From positions 11,638,883 to 11,702,882 of the forward strand of contig CM119269.1 of NCBI GenBank assembly GCA_051294375.1: 64,000 nt of DNA, given 5' to 3'. The translations under genes were made by a program, and so were the position numbers. The notes under the pieces are model-generated. The model was not told where the DNA came from, searched no databases, and was given only the letters and a program-made list of their open reading frames with translations. Positions within the stretch are counted from its first letter, which is position 1, and every line of letters starts with the position of its first letter. This DNA is from Paraspadella gotoi. Its lineage: Eukaryota; Animalia; Chaetognatha. Positions 1 through 11,786 of the stretch are shown here, piece by piece.

Positions 1-81
1 ACACAAGGTCCCGAACTTTGGATCGGGCTGTAGTCCGTCACTAAAGGTGGGTTAGACGCTCCATCCCGCTTTTACTTGTGT
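1..81 (-). ncRNA. Type-P5 twister ribozyme-like motif (family B, 3' LTR)
   Basis: Minus strand reads ACACAAG..GCGG GA TGG AGCGTC TAA CCC AC [P3] CCCGA TCCAAAGT TCGGG..CTTGTGT. Pseudoknots CCA/TGG and AC/GT; P5 ACACAAG/CTTGTGT. Confidence 0.7.
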
Positions 82-500
82 GAATCAGCAGGGCGCGAAC
101 CCAAGTCCTTTGGGTTGGGAGGAGTTCGTGCTACCTCCAGCGCCATAGGTGCTGCTGATTCTCAGACGAGTAACGGGGTATGAAATACTACCGCTACCCA
201 TCCCCCCCTAGGCATCACACACCCGCGCAAGTATGATGGCTATGATGCACGCGTTGTGCCCGAGCACTCTAGAAGGGGCTGCCTATTCCTGCTCCCGTCT
301 TCACACACGATGGTCGAGGGCAGAGGTGTGTTAACATGCCCGGGCAGAGGTGTATTAACGTGCCAGCGTGTTCGTGTGGTCTCACCAATGTGAAAGACGA
401 TGCCGCGAGCAATTTACCGTCCGTTGCACACAAGGTCCCGAACTTTGGATCGGGCTGTAGTCCGTCACTACACTACGCCCCGTCCCGCTTTTACTTGTGT

Positions 501-580
501 GAATCAGCAGGGTGCGAACCCGAGTCCTTTGGGTTGGGAGGAGTTCGTGCTACCTCCGGCGCCATCGGTGCTGCTGATTC
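501..580 (-). promoter_or_regulatory. tRNA-derived segment (A/B box-like) in family B LTR
   Basis: Minus strand TGGCGCCGGAGG ... CTCCCAA ... GGGTTCGCACCC, closed by the perfect 10-bp stem GAATCAGCAG/CTGCTGATTC. Confidence 0.55.
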
Positions 581-924
581 TCGGACGAGTAACGGGGTAT
601 GAAATACTACCGCTACAATCATGAATTAAAAATCTTGATGAATAGTTTTGTTGTTTTTTTGGGGGGACTCCATAATTCACTAAGTAGGTCTGTTGGTCAC
701 TGCCCATTATTTGTTTGGTGATTTATTTAATTCCTCTTTGAACAGCAAATTATGAATGTTTTTTTTTTTAATTATGTCTCTCTGTATCAGTTCATCAGTA
801 TGTCCTTCAAACAAAAGAGAGAAAAGGGTTACCCCCAGGGGCAGACTTTTTAGAGCCACCCCGCGGGGCGGAGGATTTGGGAGATAACTTTTCTCAAATT
901 TATGATAAAATTATTAATCTATTT

Positions 925-1720
925 TCTTCTCTCCCTCCTTTCCTCAATTCTTACTTTTTTCAATCTTTAGATCCTCTCTGGATTACTTCTTTCCATGCTA
1001 TCTTCCTCCTTCTTTCCTTGCTCTTTTCCTTTCCTTACTCCCTTCCCTTCCTTTTCTCCCTTTCTTTTCTCCTTTTTCTTCCATTCCTACCTTTCCTTCC
1101 ACCCTCCTTTCCTCCCTCCCATTCCTTCCTTTCCTCCCTCCCATTCTTCCCTTTCCTGTTTCCCATTCCTCCCTTTCCTCCCTCCCATTTCTCCCTTTCC
1201 TTCTTCCAATTCCTCCCTTTCCTTCTTCCCATTCCTCTCTTTCCTCCCTCCCATTCTCCCCTTTCCTTCTTCTCATTCCTCCCTTTTCTCCCTCCCATTC
1301 TTCCCTTTCCTTCTTCTCATTCCTCCCATTCCTCCTTCCCATTCATCTCTTTCCTTCTTCCCATTCCTCCCTTTCCTCCCTTTCCTCCCTCCCATTCCTC
1401 TCTTTCCTTCTTCCCTTTCATTTTTTCTCTTTTTTCTTTCCTCTCAATTTTAATGCTTCTTTTCCTCCACAGACTCCGGCTCGTCATCAAGGGGCGTGGC
1501 CTCTCCCAAACTCGCTTGAGAAACAATGAAAGAAATGGGTGAAGAAGAAGAGGAAAGGGACAGGGAGATTAGGGGGAGGAGGATGAGGAGGAAGGGGAGA
1601 GAGAGAAAAGGGGAAGGAGGAAGAGGAGGGGGAGAAAATGGAGAGGGAGAGTAGGGGAGGAGGAAGTGGAGGAAGAGAGAGGGGAGAGGAGGAGGAGGAG
1701 AAGGAAGAGAAAGATTAGAA
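925..1720. repeat. Pyrimidine-rich then purine-rich low-complexity tandem repeats
   Basis: Reiterated CCCATTCCTCCCTTTCCT-type units followed by GGAGGA-type units; these generate the spurious F/P/S and E/G/R ORFs. Confidence 0.8.
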
Positions 1721-1940
1721 AATAGGGATTTAGGAGAAGATTAATTGAAGACCGGAGTGTGGAAGAAGTGTTGAAGAAGGAGTGTGATAATGGGAGAAAT
1801 GTGAGAATACAAGTTTAATAATGGGTAAAGCGTGGAAGAAATCTGAGTTGGGATAAGTACAGAAGGAATGTGAGAGTGGCAGATAAGCGGAAAGAGTAGG
1901 ATAATGTGAGCGAGCTAAAAAACAAGTTTGAAAGAAAGAA

Positions 1941-2207
1941 TGTAGTCGGGCATTGCAAAGTTCACCCCGCCTCTAAGCATGGCACCTTCAGTCGTGACCG
2001 GTGGCTCATTGAGTAAAGCCATCAGCTCATGACCCATAGGTACCGGGTTCAATCCCAACCCGGTACCTACTCTGCGGGAAATGTGAGGACGGCCGACGAA
2101 CCTGGGGGGCGTCGAAAACCCTCAAGCCTTTCCAAGCCCATAGCTGCTAGAGGGGGTTAAAGAAGTTACGGATAGTCATCTTCAGCCCACTGAGCGCCTT
2201 ATCCACA
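1941..2207 (+). mobile_element. Solo LTR, family C (tRNA-Met-like head, degenerate twister)
   Basis: TGTAGTCGGG...ATCCACA, homologous to 19053-19298. Contains TGGCTCATTGAG (A box), CTCATGA loop and GGTTCAATCC (B box). No perfect TSD. Confidence 0.65.
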
Positions 2208-2577
2208 GAGAAGTGTTGAAGTGTGATAATCTGAGATGTGTGAAAGGAGTTTAAAGAGGGAGAAGTGTGGAAATGTTAGGAGAGTTAAAAAATATGAAGT
2301 AGGAAGAAGTGTTAACGAGTGTGGAACATATAACAAAAGAATTAGTTGGAGGAGGAGAAAAAAATATAGTGAGGAGAAGAAGATGAAGACATAAGAAGTT
2401 GATTGTAGAAGAGGAGGAGAAGAAGAAGAAGAATAAAAAAAGAAAAGAAAAAAGGAAAAGAAAATCAAAAAGAAAATAAAAAGAAAAAGTACAATAAAAA
2501 AAATAAGAGCATGTAAAAAAAAGAAACAGGAAAAGGAGGAAAAGGAAAAAAGAGCAAAAAAAGAAAAGGGAAAATAA

Positions 2578-4580
2578 TAAAACAAGTTTGAGCAAACAAT
2601 GCCGGATCTGCCCACGATCACTCGCGGTAAGCAGCTAATCAGATAATTAATTAATTAATTAATTAATTAATATTATTTTTTTTATTTGTGTCAAAATCGT
2701 TTTCCACTTTGTCTCGCCTCTCAATCACCAAACAACAATCTCGATCACAAAATTAAATAATAATTTATTAATGCAGCTTGAATTTACATTTAATATAAAA
2801 AACTAACAAGTTTGAGCAAACAATGTCGGATCTGCCTACGATAATTAAGCGGTAATAAGCTAATCCGATGATAAATCATGGTAATTTTTCTGATTCTTAA
2901 TTTGTGATTATAACAAATCATAACAGACTACTTAATAAATCTATGAAAAAATCTATAAATCAATTGATCTATCAATCATTACCAGTAGCTGTGCCAATAC
3001 CAACTTGCATAATTTGGTCAACTTTCATAATTTAATCAACTTGCATAATTAAATCTACTGGCATAATTTGATCAATTGTCGTAATTTAGTCAACTGGCAT
3101 AATTTTAGTCAACTGACATAATTTGCTCAACTGCAAAATTTGGTCAACCGGCGTAATTGGGTCTATTAGAATAATTTGGTCAATCAATCAGAGAGAGATA
3201 GAACGAAACATTTAAAAATTGACATAAATGTGTCTTTTCGTTATCTGTTTTAAACTCTTTTCCACTCCAACGATTCCATCAAAAACTTATATCCAGCTTA
3301 ATGTCATAGTTTACTACCCACACACAAAATTTCCTTTTAATTTATTTATCCAATTTTTAATAAATATAATAATTATTAGTAAGTATAAGTAAAAATGCTT
3401 CAAGTAAATATAAATTTTGTTTTTATTCGGATCTGCTTATCAGCAGATCTCGACTCTATAATTCACTTTGTCGGTCCGCCCCCTCAATCTTGTTGGCATT
3501 CACTTATATCATGTCAGAACATTGAATTATGATAAATTATGCAAAAAGAACGATGACCGTCCGTTCGTCTGTCTGTCTGTCTGTCTGTCCGTCCATCCCA
3601 CCTTAGCAAAAAACACCAATTACTCGTGATTGGATAAATGGATTGGAATAAAATTTGGTGTGTGGGTAGGGAAGTGTGTGATTGAGCTGGATATAAAGTT
3701 TCGATGGAATCGTGTGAGTGGAAATGAGTTTAAATGGAAAAAATATAGATATATTTCACTATTTGAACACCAATTACTCATGAATAGAAGGGGCGATTGA
3801 CTTAGAATTTTGTATTTGGATAGAAAAGTGTGTGATTAAATGGAAAACAAGTTTTGATGGAATCGTTTTTAAATGTAAATGCAAGATGTATTAATTCATC
3901 AAATAATTAATCAGTTATTTAATCAATTAGTCAATTAATTATTCAATTAGTCAATTAATTAATCAATAATTAATTAATCAGTCAATATTGCCTAATTAAT
4001 TAAATAATTAACTTGAATAAATTATTATTAATTAAATTAATTAATTAACTTAAATAAATTAATTATTATTAATTAACTTGAATTAATTAATTATAATTAA
4101 TTAATTTCTATTTAAACTCATTTCACTCACACGATCAGTAGCGGTAGTTAAATAATAAATTAATTAATTTGATCCGAAATGTTTGTTTTTAGGTCTTTTC
4201 ATCACTTACCATGACAAAAGCAACGTCGACGATGATGGCGAAGACGACAATAATGCCAATAACGATTGATTAAATAATTATTTAATTGATAAATAAATTG
4301 ATTGATTGAATAGATAATTAATATATAAATAATTGATTGATTTAATAATTAATTGATTGATTAACTGACTGATTAATTAATTATTGATTATTTAATTAAC
4401 TAATTGATTAATTAACTGATTAATTATTTGATTATTCAATACATCTTGCATTTACATTTAATATAAAAATAAAAAGAAGCATAATCAATTAGTGAAACAG
4501 GTTTTTTGCTTTTTCCATTTCCATCGATACTTGGTTTCCAGCTTAATCACACACTTTCCTATCCACATACAAAATTTCAA
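2578..4580. repeat. Cluster of Helentron/DINE-1-like non-autonomous repeat fragments
   Basis: Family ends AACAAGTTTGAGCAAACAATGYCGGATCTGC and CGGATCTGCTTATMAGCAGATC hairpin, GTCT/GTCC microsatellite, internal CAACTTGCATAATTTGGT repeats. Confidence 0.55.
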
Positions 4581-5555
4581 GTCAAGCGCTGAGTATAAAT
4601 ACAAAACATGAAAAATCTAACTTCGAGTCCTCTTGATTTTTTGACATAGACATAAACTTATTACCTAGGGTATGAAAAACTAAAATTTGATTGCCCAGTT
4701 TTCCCGTCCGAGCCTGTTTATAATACGACCGAAAGTCAAAAATTGCCAAAAAATCAACAATATGCGGCCAATCGAGCCTTTTGTTTGCCAAAACTAAAGT
4801 AAATCGTTCGCCGATAAAAGACTCACTAATCTGTACTTTTGCTCATCAACTGTTATCTTTATTGATTTGTCCTCTGAAAGAATTCAGACTGGTTTTGACT
4901 CTTGAAATAATAAAAGTGTTCCTACTACAAATTGAATTAGTTTTACTTCTTTTATCTCAATGTAATTAAGTACATTATCAAACAAAGAGAAACTCTACAT
5001 TTATACTAAAACTATTTCACAACAAATCAATTCAAGAAAACAAGTCAATTGATAGATAAACGCTGTGCCTTCCCTGCGAAACTCTCCAGCCAAAGATGCT
5101 TCAATATCAACTATCTTAGAACCCCAGCGTTCAGTTGACAAGCTATTCGGCAATGATATTGGACCCTCTATACCTTGCCACACTTGGTAAGCCCGACGAC
5201 GAATCCAACCAACCTTCAAGCAAGCGGGGTTCAAGAGGAATCCAACTATCTCTCAGGTAAGATTGGATGACATTGGAAAATTAAGCGAATTCATCCAATT
5301 TCGCTAACGCTTTTTCCATCAACCCCATTTACCCCGCGATCAACCTCACGACGCCACCGCGGCTAGGAGCAACGCTACCGACTCAGATCCACTCAAAGAG
5401 ACGCCGACGAGCAACGGGCGGAAGCAGCCACTCTCCAGGTTCCATTTGGCTTTGGACGAGGGCGGCGATCAAGATCTACATCTCCCAACTACGCCGACGT
5501 CACTCAAATTTTCGAATTCCAAGGAATCAGCGCCGCCAACTTCGAAAACGCCGTC

Positions 5556-6227
5556 ATGGCGACCGGCGGCGACGCCGAGAGGGAGCTGCGCGGCGAAAAT
5601 GAGGAACTTCGCGCCGCCGCAGCAACTCGAGCACTCGAACGAGCGTCAAACAGGAAGCTGGATTTACCCGACTTCGACACGACGAACATCGAGGTGTGGA
5701 TTAAGCGGGTAGAAGCCGCTTACACCCGCGCCGGGATAACGGCGCCGAAAAACAAGTTTGCCCATCTAGAATCAAAGATCGGCGTCAACGTCGATCCTCA
5801 GATAAACCAATACCTGTTCGGCGAAACCACGGAGGCGACATGGAGTCAATTTCTGCAATATTTAAGAAAGGAGTACGGCCTATCGCGTCGACAGCAGGCT
5901 GCGCACCTCCTCGACACCCTCGACATCGATGGCATCAAACCGTCGAAAATGTTAGCTCAACTTGAGGAGAAGACGAGGACCCTCACTGTCGACGATATTA
6001 GAAAAGAGAAAATTCTAAGGGAAGTACGCCGCCAACTTGAAGACAAGGCGGAAGAATTGTCAGCCAGTGACCTCTGTAAATTGGCGGATCATCACTACAA
6101 CCATGAAGGCCAGCTCAAAATCCGCCAAACGGCCTCACTAGTCAGCAACGTCGACCACTGTCAACGAGATTGTCAACCATCGTCATCTGACGACGACGAC
6201 GGCATTAACGCCCTGATCCAAAAATAA
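5556..6227 (+). CDS. gag: Gypsy Gag (C-terminally truncated)
   Basis: LPDFDTTNIEVWIKRVEA...GIT...KFAH motif typical of Gypsy Gag N-termini; lies between PBS and pol. Confidence 0.8.
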   Translation: MATGGDAERELRGENEELRAAAATRALERASNRKLDLPDFDTTNIEVWIKRVEAAYTRAGITAPKNKFAHLESKIGVNVDPQINQYLFGETTEATWSQFLQYLRKEYGLSRRQQAAHLLDTLDIDGIKPSKMLAQLEEKTRTLTVDDIRKEKILREVRRQLEDKAEELSASDLCKLADHHYNHEGQLKIRQTASLVSNVDHCQRDCQPSSSDDDDGINALIQK

Positions 6228-6283
6228 AACTCCAAGCGGCTAACGGATCTCCTATTAGCTGCTACGGAACAGAAAATAAAATC

Positions 6284-9200
6284 GTGACGCTCGGCAAGCG
6301 CCAATTTCACTACGAATTCATCGTCGCCGATGTCATTCAGCATATTCTCGGCGCCGACTTCTTGGCGGAAAACTTTCTGGCGCCAAATCACCGAGACGGT
6401 TTGTTAATGGATCTACAGGACTACTCGACAATAGCAGCGTCGACAGCGTCTGAAATCACCACGCACGTGAGCTTCATCGATCGAAAGGGAGAAAAGTTTT
6501 ATAAACTTTTAGAATCGTTCCCTTCTCTCTCGACGCCAACGTTCGAATTAAAAACACCAAAACATGGCGTCACTCACTCCATACCGACGGAGGGGCGTCC
6601 TTGTCAGTCTCGAGCTCGGCGTCTCGACCCGGAGAAGTTGGCAGTGGCAAAAAGAGAATTAGAGAGAATGGTCTCGCTAGGCATCGCCAAACGTGGGAAA
6701 TCGGAGTGGTCATCGCCGCTACACGTAGTGGCGAAGCCGGACGGCGGCTGGCGCTGCTGCGGGGACTACAGGCGCCTCAACACCCAGACCATTGACGACC
6801 GATATCCTGTAAAGCTACTCACGGACTTTAACGCGCAGCTGGAAGGGAAGACAATCTTCTCGAAGATTGATCTTCTTAAGGGTTATCATCAAATCCCAGT
6901 TAACCCAGTTGACGTGAAGAAGACCGCCGTCATCACCCCCTTCGGCTTGTACGTGTTCCCACGATGCCCCTTTGGATTAAAAAACGCTGGACAAGATTTC
7001 CAGCGTTTGATGGATGAAATCCTGGGGGAAATTCCACATACGTTCGTCTACTTAGACGATATTCTGGTGGCGTCGTCATCTCCGGAAGAACACCTACAGG
7101 ACCTGGAACGGGTCTTCAAGGCCCTCGACGCCAACGGTTTGGTGGTCAACACCAAGAAGTGTCTCCTTGGACAGGAATCATTAGAATTCCTCGGTTTTCT
7201 GGTTGACAAACATGGAGTTCGACCACTCCCGGAACGAGTCCAAACTCTCCGCGAAACCTCGAGGCCAACTACTGTCAAGGAACTCCAAAGATTTTTAGGA
7301 ATGATTAACTATTATCGACGATTCATTTCTAAAGTTGCTCATCGATGCGCACCGCTGTATGAAGCGTTGAGCGGCAAGCCAAAGGTTTTGAAATGGACAG
7401 AGGACTGTGAAAACGCCTTTGAATCCATTAAACAAGGCTTAATTGAGGCAGCACTGCTACACCATCCTAGAACCGGCGCGCAGCTGTGCATAACCACAGA
7501 TGCCTCAGACAACGCAGTCGGAGCCGCGTTGGAACAACGAGGACCCAAGGGATGGGAACCGTTAGCATTCTTCTCAGCCAAACTGGCGAAAAATCAAAGA
7601 TTATGGCCGCAATTTGATCGAGAACTATTTGGAGCCTTCAAAGCCGTGCGCCACTTCCGCCACTGGATAGAGGGCCGCAGCTTTACAATATACACGGACC
7701 ATCAGAGCCTTATCCCCGCCATCAAAAAGAAAGCCGAACCGCAAACTGCTCGTCAAGCATATCAATTATCTGTAATCGCTGAATTTACAACTGATATTCG
7801 ATATTTGAAAGGGAAAGCAAACGTCGTTGCCGACGCCCTCTCTCGTCCGAATAATCCGCCGGCAACGTCGACGACGCAGCAGCAGCAGCAACAGCAGCAG
7901 CAACAGCAGCAGCAGCATCAGCAGCCGGCCGCGACGGAAAACAAAGCAAAAATGTCGACGATCAACAGCGACGCAGACAACAACAATTCGGCCTCAAATG
8001 ATCAGGTCGATGAACGACTTGAAGAAAAGAAGGAAAAACAAATCAAGGTCGATCGCCTCGAAGACGCCAAGGCAGTAATCGCCTCGTTATCGACGTTCAA
8101 AGTAGATTTTGAACAAATGGCTCGAGAACAAAGCCTTGATCCCGACTATCAAAAAATCGCTGAAGAAGCCAGGTCGGGTCTAACCTTCAGGAAAATTCAA
8201 GTCGGCAATGAGCAACTTCTAGCGGACATATCGAACGGCCCTGCCCGCCCGTTCGTCCCTGCAGCATGGCGAAAAAGAATTTTCGACATAATACATGGCC
8301 TCGGACATCCGGGAATCGACGCAACTCGAAAAGCAGTAGCATCGAAGTTCGTCTGGATGAACATGAAGCAGGACGTCACCAAATGGGCCAGAAACTGCAT
8401 AGATTGTCAGAGAGCGAAGATAACGAGGCACGTGATACCTGAAATCGGCGAATTCAAGGTACCTCCACGAAGATTTCAGCATGTAAATCTTGACCTCGTC
8501 AAAATGCCAACCTCCAACGGCTTCAAGCATCTGCTCACGGTAGTTGACCGATTCTCAAGATGGCCGACAGCTATCCCCATCAAGGATACACTTACTTCAA
8601 CAGTTCTTGACGCCCTCAGCCACGACTGGATCAGTAATTTCGGAATTCCAGCCGTTATCACAACTGATCGCGGGACTCAATTCAATTCGGCGCTCTGGCG
8701 GCAATTGACGAGGCAATGGGGAATAAAGCATCAGACAACCACAGCCTATCACCCCCAGGCCAATGGCCTCGTTGAAAGATTTCATAGACGACTCAAGGAA
8801 TCCCTTAGAGCTTTAGCAAAGGATGACAGAGAAAATTGGTATTGGAAACTGCCGTTAACGCTTCTCGCTATCAGGACGACGGTGAAGGAAGACATTGGCG
8901 CTTCAGCAGCCGACCTGGTCTTTGGAGAAGGTCTCAGCGTCCCAGGCAGCGTACTCGGCAACAGCCAGAATGATGATGCAAATCTTCACCGTCAACGTCA
9001 AAACCAATTGGCGAGTTTGCGAGTCGAAGTCGCCCGTCTTCAGTCGACAGCAACTTCGGCACACCACCAACCAATGGTACACCTCCCAGCCAACCTCAAC
9101 TCTGCACAGTACGTATTCGTTCGGCGAGGAGGCGTGCAACCACCTCTGGTCCCACCCTACGAGGGACCATACAGAGTCGTCAATCGAAATGGACTAAATA

Positions 9201-9793
9201 TGACGATTGAAATTCCAAGCGTCGGCAGAGAGACAATTAACATCGCACGAATCAAGCCAGCTTGGATCAGCGATGACGTACTGGAGTTTAATGAGTCGGA
9301 GACCCGTCAGCGACGTCGTCCAGGCCGTCAACCAGGGATTCGAACCCGAACGCCAGCTCCGACGACAAGAATGACGAGATCGGCGACTCTGCGCGCCGCT
9401 CCTCTGCCACCTCCTCCCTCCTCAACCTCCTTCCCCACCCACCCCCCAACACCCTCACCCCCCCTCCAACCCATTCCCACGCCACTCCCATCTTCAAATT
9501 CTCCGAGCCTTCTCCGCTCGACATCTACAATCTCAAAAGAAAAAGAAATAAATAATAACAACAACAACAACGCGAGCGAGATAGAGCCAACGTGGAGATT
9601 TCCGAAGCCGACAGCAGAGAACTCTTCGAACAGAGGGATACGACAGACGGACCAGGAACAAAAAGACAACTCAAATAACATCGGCGACAAATACAACAAC
9701 AACAACAACAATCGTCCAACCTATTCGGTCGTGTTAAAAGAAATGCTCCGCCGACAGGAAAAAGAAAACGACTGTCGACAACTATATTTATAA
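6284..9793 (+). CDS. pol: Gypsy Pol (protease C-half, RT, RNase H, integrase)
   Basis: ILGADFL; RT motifs GDYRRLN, KIDLLKGYHQI, YLDDIL; RNase H TDAS and ADALSR; integrase H-x3-H..C-x2-C, TDRG, ERFHR, GPY. Confidence 0.97.
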   Translation: MTLGKRQFHYEFIVADVIQHILGADFLAENFLAPNHRDGLLMDLQDYSTIAASTASEITTHVSFIDRKGEKFYKLLESFPSLSTPTFELKTPKHGVTHSIPTEGRPCQSRARRLDPEKLAVAKRELERMVSLGIAKRGKSEWSSPLHVVAKPDGGWRCCGDYRRLNTQTIDDRYPVKLLTDFNAQLEGKTIFSKIDLLKGYHQIPVNPVDVKKTAVITPFGLYVFPRCPFGLKNAGQDFQRLMDEILGEIPHTFVYLDDILVASSSPEEHLQDLERVFKALDANGLVVNTKKCLLGQESLEFLGFLVDKHGVRPLPERVQTLRETSRPTTVKELQRFLGMINYYRRFISKVAHRCAPLYEALSGKPKVLKWTEDCENAFESIKQGLIEAALLHHPRTGAQLCITTDASDNAVGAALEQRGPKGWEPLAFFSAKLAKNQRLWPQFDRELFGAFKAVRHFRHWIEGRSFTIYTDHQSLIPAIKKKAEPQTARQAYQLSVIAEFTTDIRYLKGKANVVADALSRPNNPPATSTTQQQQQQQQQQQQQHQQPAATENKAKMSTINSDADNNNSASNDQVDERLEEKKEKQIKVDRLEDAKAVIASLSTFKVDFEQMAREQSLDPDYQKIAEEARSGLTFRKIQVGNEQLLADISNGPARPFVPAAWRKRIFDIIHGLGHPGIDATRKAVASKFVWMNMKQDVTKWARNCIDCQRAKITRHVIPEIGEFKVPPRRFQHVNLDLVKMPTSNGFKHLLTVVDRFSRWPTAIPIKDTLTSTVLDALSHDWISNFGIPAVITTDRGTQFNSALWRQLTRQWGIKHQTTTAYHPQANGLVERFHRRLKESLRALAKDDRENWYWKLPLTLLAIRTTVKEDIGASAADLVFGEGLSVPGSVLGNSQNDDANLHRQRQNQLASLRVEVARLQSTATSAHHQPMVHLPANLNSAQYVFVRRGGVQPPLVPPYEGPYRVVNRNGLNMTIEIPSVGRETINIARIKPAWISDDVLEFNESETRQRRRPGRQPGIRTRTPAPTTRMTRSATLRAAPLPPPPSSTSFPTHPPTPSPPLQPIPTPLPSSNSPSLLRSTSTISKEKEINNNNNNNASEIEPTWRFPKPTAENSSNRGIRQTDQEQKDNSNNIGDKYNNNNNNRPTYSVVLKEMLRRQEKENDCRQLYL

Positions 9794-11786
9794 TATTTAA
9801 AATTTTAAGCATTTCATATTTCGATTTTTCGAATTTTTTGTATTTTACGATTTTTGTCGTAATTTTACTTTTGAACGTTTTATGGAATCAGTCAGTAGTC
9901 AATTTTTCATTTTGTATTTACCCGTATATATATATTAGAAATTAAATTATTGCACAAACATACAATCACTCGATGGACGACGCCCCTTTTTTGAAATATA
10001 TGGGTAATATAATTCAAAACTAAAGTAAATCGTTCGCCGATAAAAGACTCACTAATCTGTACTTTTGCTTATCAACTGTTATCTTTATTGATTTGTCCTC
10101 TGAAAGAATTCAGACTGGTTTTGACTCTTGAAATAATAAAAGTGTTCCTACTACAAATTGAATTAGTTTTACTTCTTTTATCTCAATGTAATTAAGTACA
10201 TTATCAAACAAAGAGAAACTCTACATTTATACTAAAACTATTTCACAACAAATCAATTCAAGAAAACAAGTCAATTGATAGATAAACGCTGTGCCTTCCC
10301 TGCGAAACTCTCCAGCCAAAGATGCTTCAATATCAACTATCTTAGAACCCCAGCGTTCAGTTGACAAGCTATTCGGCAATGATATTGGACCCTCGATACC
10401 TTGCCACAAATATATGAAATTAAAGATATCGGCTTTAATTAATAATTTTTCATATATTATTACTAAAATTAAAGTAATATTGACAGATTTTATGATTTAA
10501 AACATAAAATATTGATATTATAAAAAAATTTCAGTTTTTTAAATTATGAATTATTCTATTAAAAAGCCGACAAATTGAGCAAAATAGAAAAAAATTGCGC
10601 CCCTAAATAAATTATGCTTAAAACTTTGAAATGAAGACAAAAAATGTTATTTTGTATAAAATAAAATGATTGTCATAAGAAACAAGTAATATTTGTTGGG
10701 AGACATGATAAAAACCTCTGAAAATGATAAAAATACTTGTTTTACTTCTTCTGTATTGAGCTAACAATCATAGATGGTTTAAGATGACTATCATTATTTC
10801 TTTTTAATAATGAGGAATTAAAGCAGTCAAATGTTAACAGTTCTTATAACAATATTAGTAAAATCATTTAGGCACCATTGTTGGGCAGAACTTCCAGGGC
10901 TCAACTCGTTAAACGGAAAAAAAATAATATAAATAAACTTTGCTTTAAGAATTAGATCAATTTTTGACAGATCTGATAAACTAATAACTTGATACAAAAA
11001 GCACCATAAAACTTTTTTAAAACATGTTGCTAATAAGGCACTATAAAAATATCTTGAAGAATTCACAAGCAGCTTTCCAGCGCCATGTCACCAACAAGGA
11101 AATACAGACTACCACCCAGGCGCCATAAAAAAACTTGTGGGATTCACAGGCAAATTTTTATTTAAGGCTATGATACCCACAAAATAACAGTAAGTAACAT
11201 AATAATTTATTTCATTTAGCGGTCAGCACAATAAATAAAGTCATTAAATTATATATTTATTATTTTGATGAAATATTTTTTTGTATCTGCTTCGGGAACC
11301 GCTGTATGAGAAGAAATTCTTTCTCAAATGTAACCATTATGGTGGATTAACATCCACCAACCGTTCATCAGCGGCCATTGGTGCCGGAGGCAAGTCATTC
11401 CCCTCCCAACCCAAAGGTCCGGGGTTCTAGCCCGGTGGTCGCCTGGCAGTTAAGAGGGACGGGGCGCTTAACCCGTAATATGATGTTACAGCCTGATCCG
11501 AAGCTCAGGGACTGCTTATATTGAACGGTTCTGTCACTAACACATAACAATAATTACTGTCTCTTCATTAGTGAGCCCGATTTCCGAACACCACAGCAAC
11601 AACAGCACTTTCAGGTGACATGCCTCAACCTGGCGATGCACTTTCCGCCCACAACACATCAGGCGACATGCCTCAACTTGGTGACAAACTTTCCACCAAG
11701 AACAACAAATCACTGAAGAGACGCAAGACTTCTCCCTACGGGAGGGGGGGATGTATGGTGGACTAAAATCCACCAACCGTTCATCA

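Larger units (their letters stand above)
1..617 (-). mobile_element. Miniature non-coding LTR retrotransposon (TRIM), family B; 3' LTR cut by window edge
   Basis: On the minus strand: 5' LTR 617-389 (TGTAGC...TTCACA), PBS-like TGGTGAGACC at 387-378, ~190 bp interior with a duplicated GGGCAGAGGTGT unit, PPT GGGGGGGATG at 208-199, then a second LTR copy 198-1. Confidence 0.8.
4763..10408 (+). mobile_element. Ty3/Gypsy LTR retrotransposon (CsRN1-like), defective
   Basis: 5' LTR 4763-5182 (TG..CA) and 3' LTR 10015-10408, about 3 differences seen. AATA TSD at 4759-4762 and 10409-10412. tRNA-Trp-like PBS TGGTAAGCCCGACG at 5185. gag and pol ORFs present. Confidence 0.95.

Noticed and set aside
1471-1519. 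Terminal exon of a plus-strand gene (DSGSSSRGVASPKLA*)
   Set aside because: Good acceptor but too short, and no upstream exon in the window supports it.
1995-2068. Functional tRNA genes (Met-like here, Gly-like at 11787-11858)
   Set aside because: Anticodon and D arms do not pair properly and the segments sit inside mobile LTRs.
877-2621. Long F/P/S/L-rich ORFs (also 17306-18870, 20961-21725, 58518-58933)
   Set aside because: They are products of CT/GA microsatellites and low-complexity DNA.
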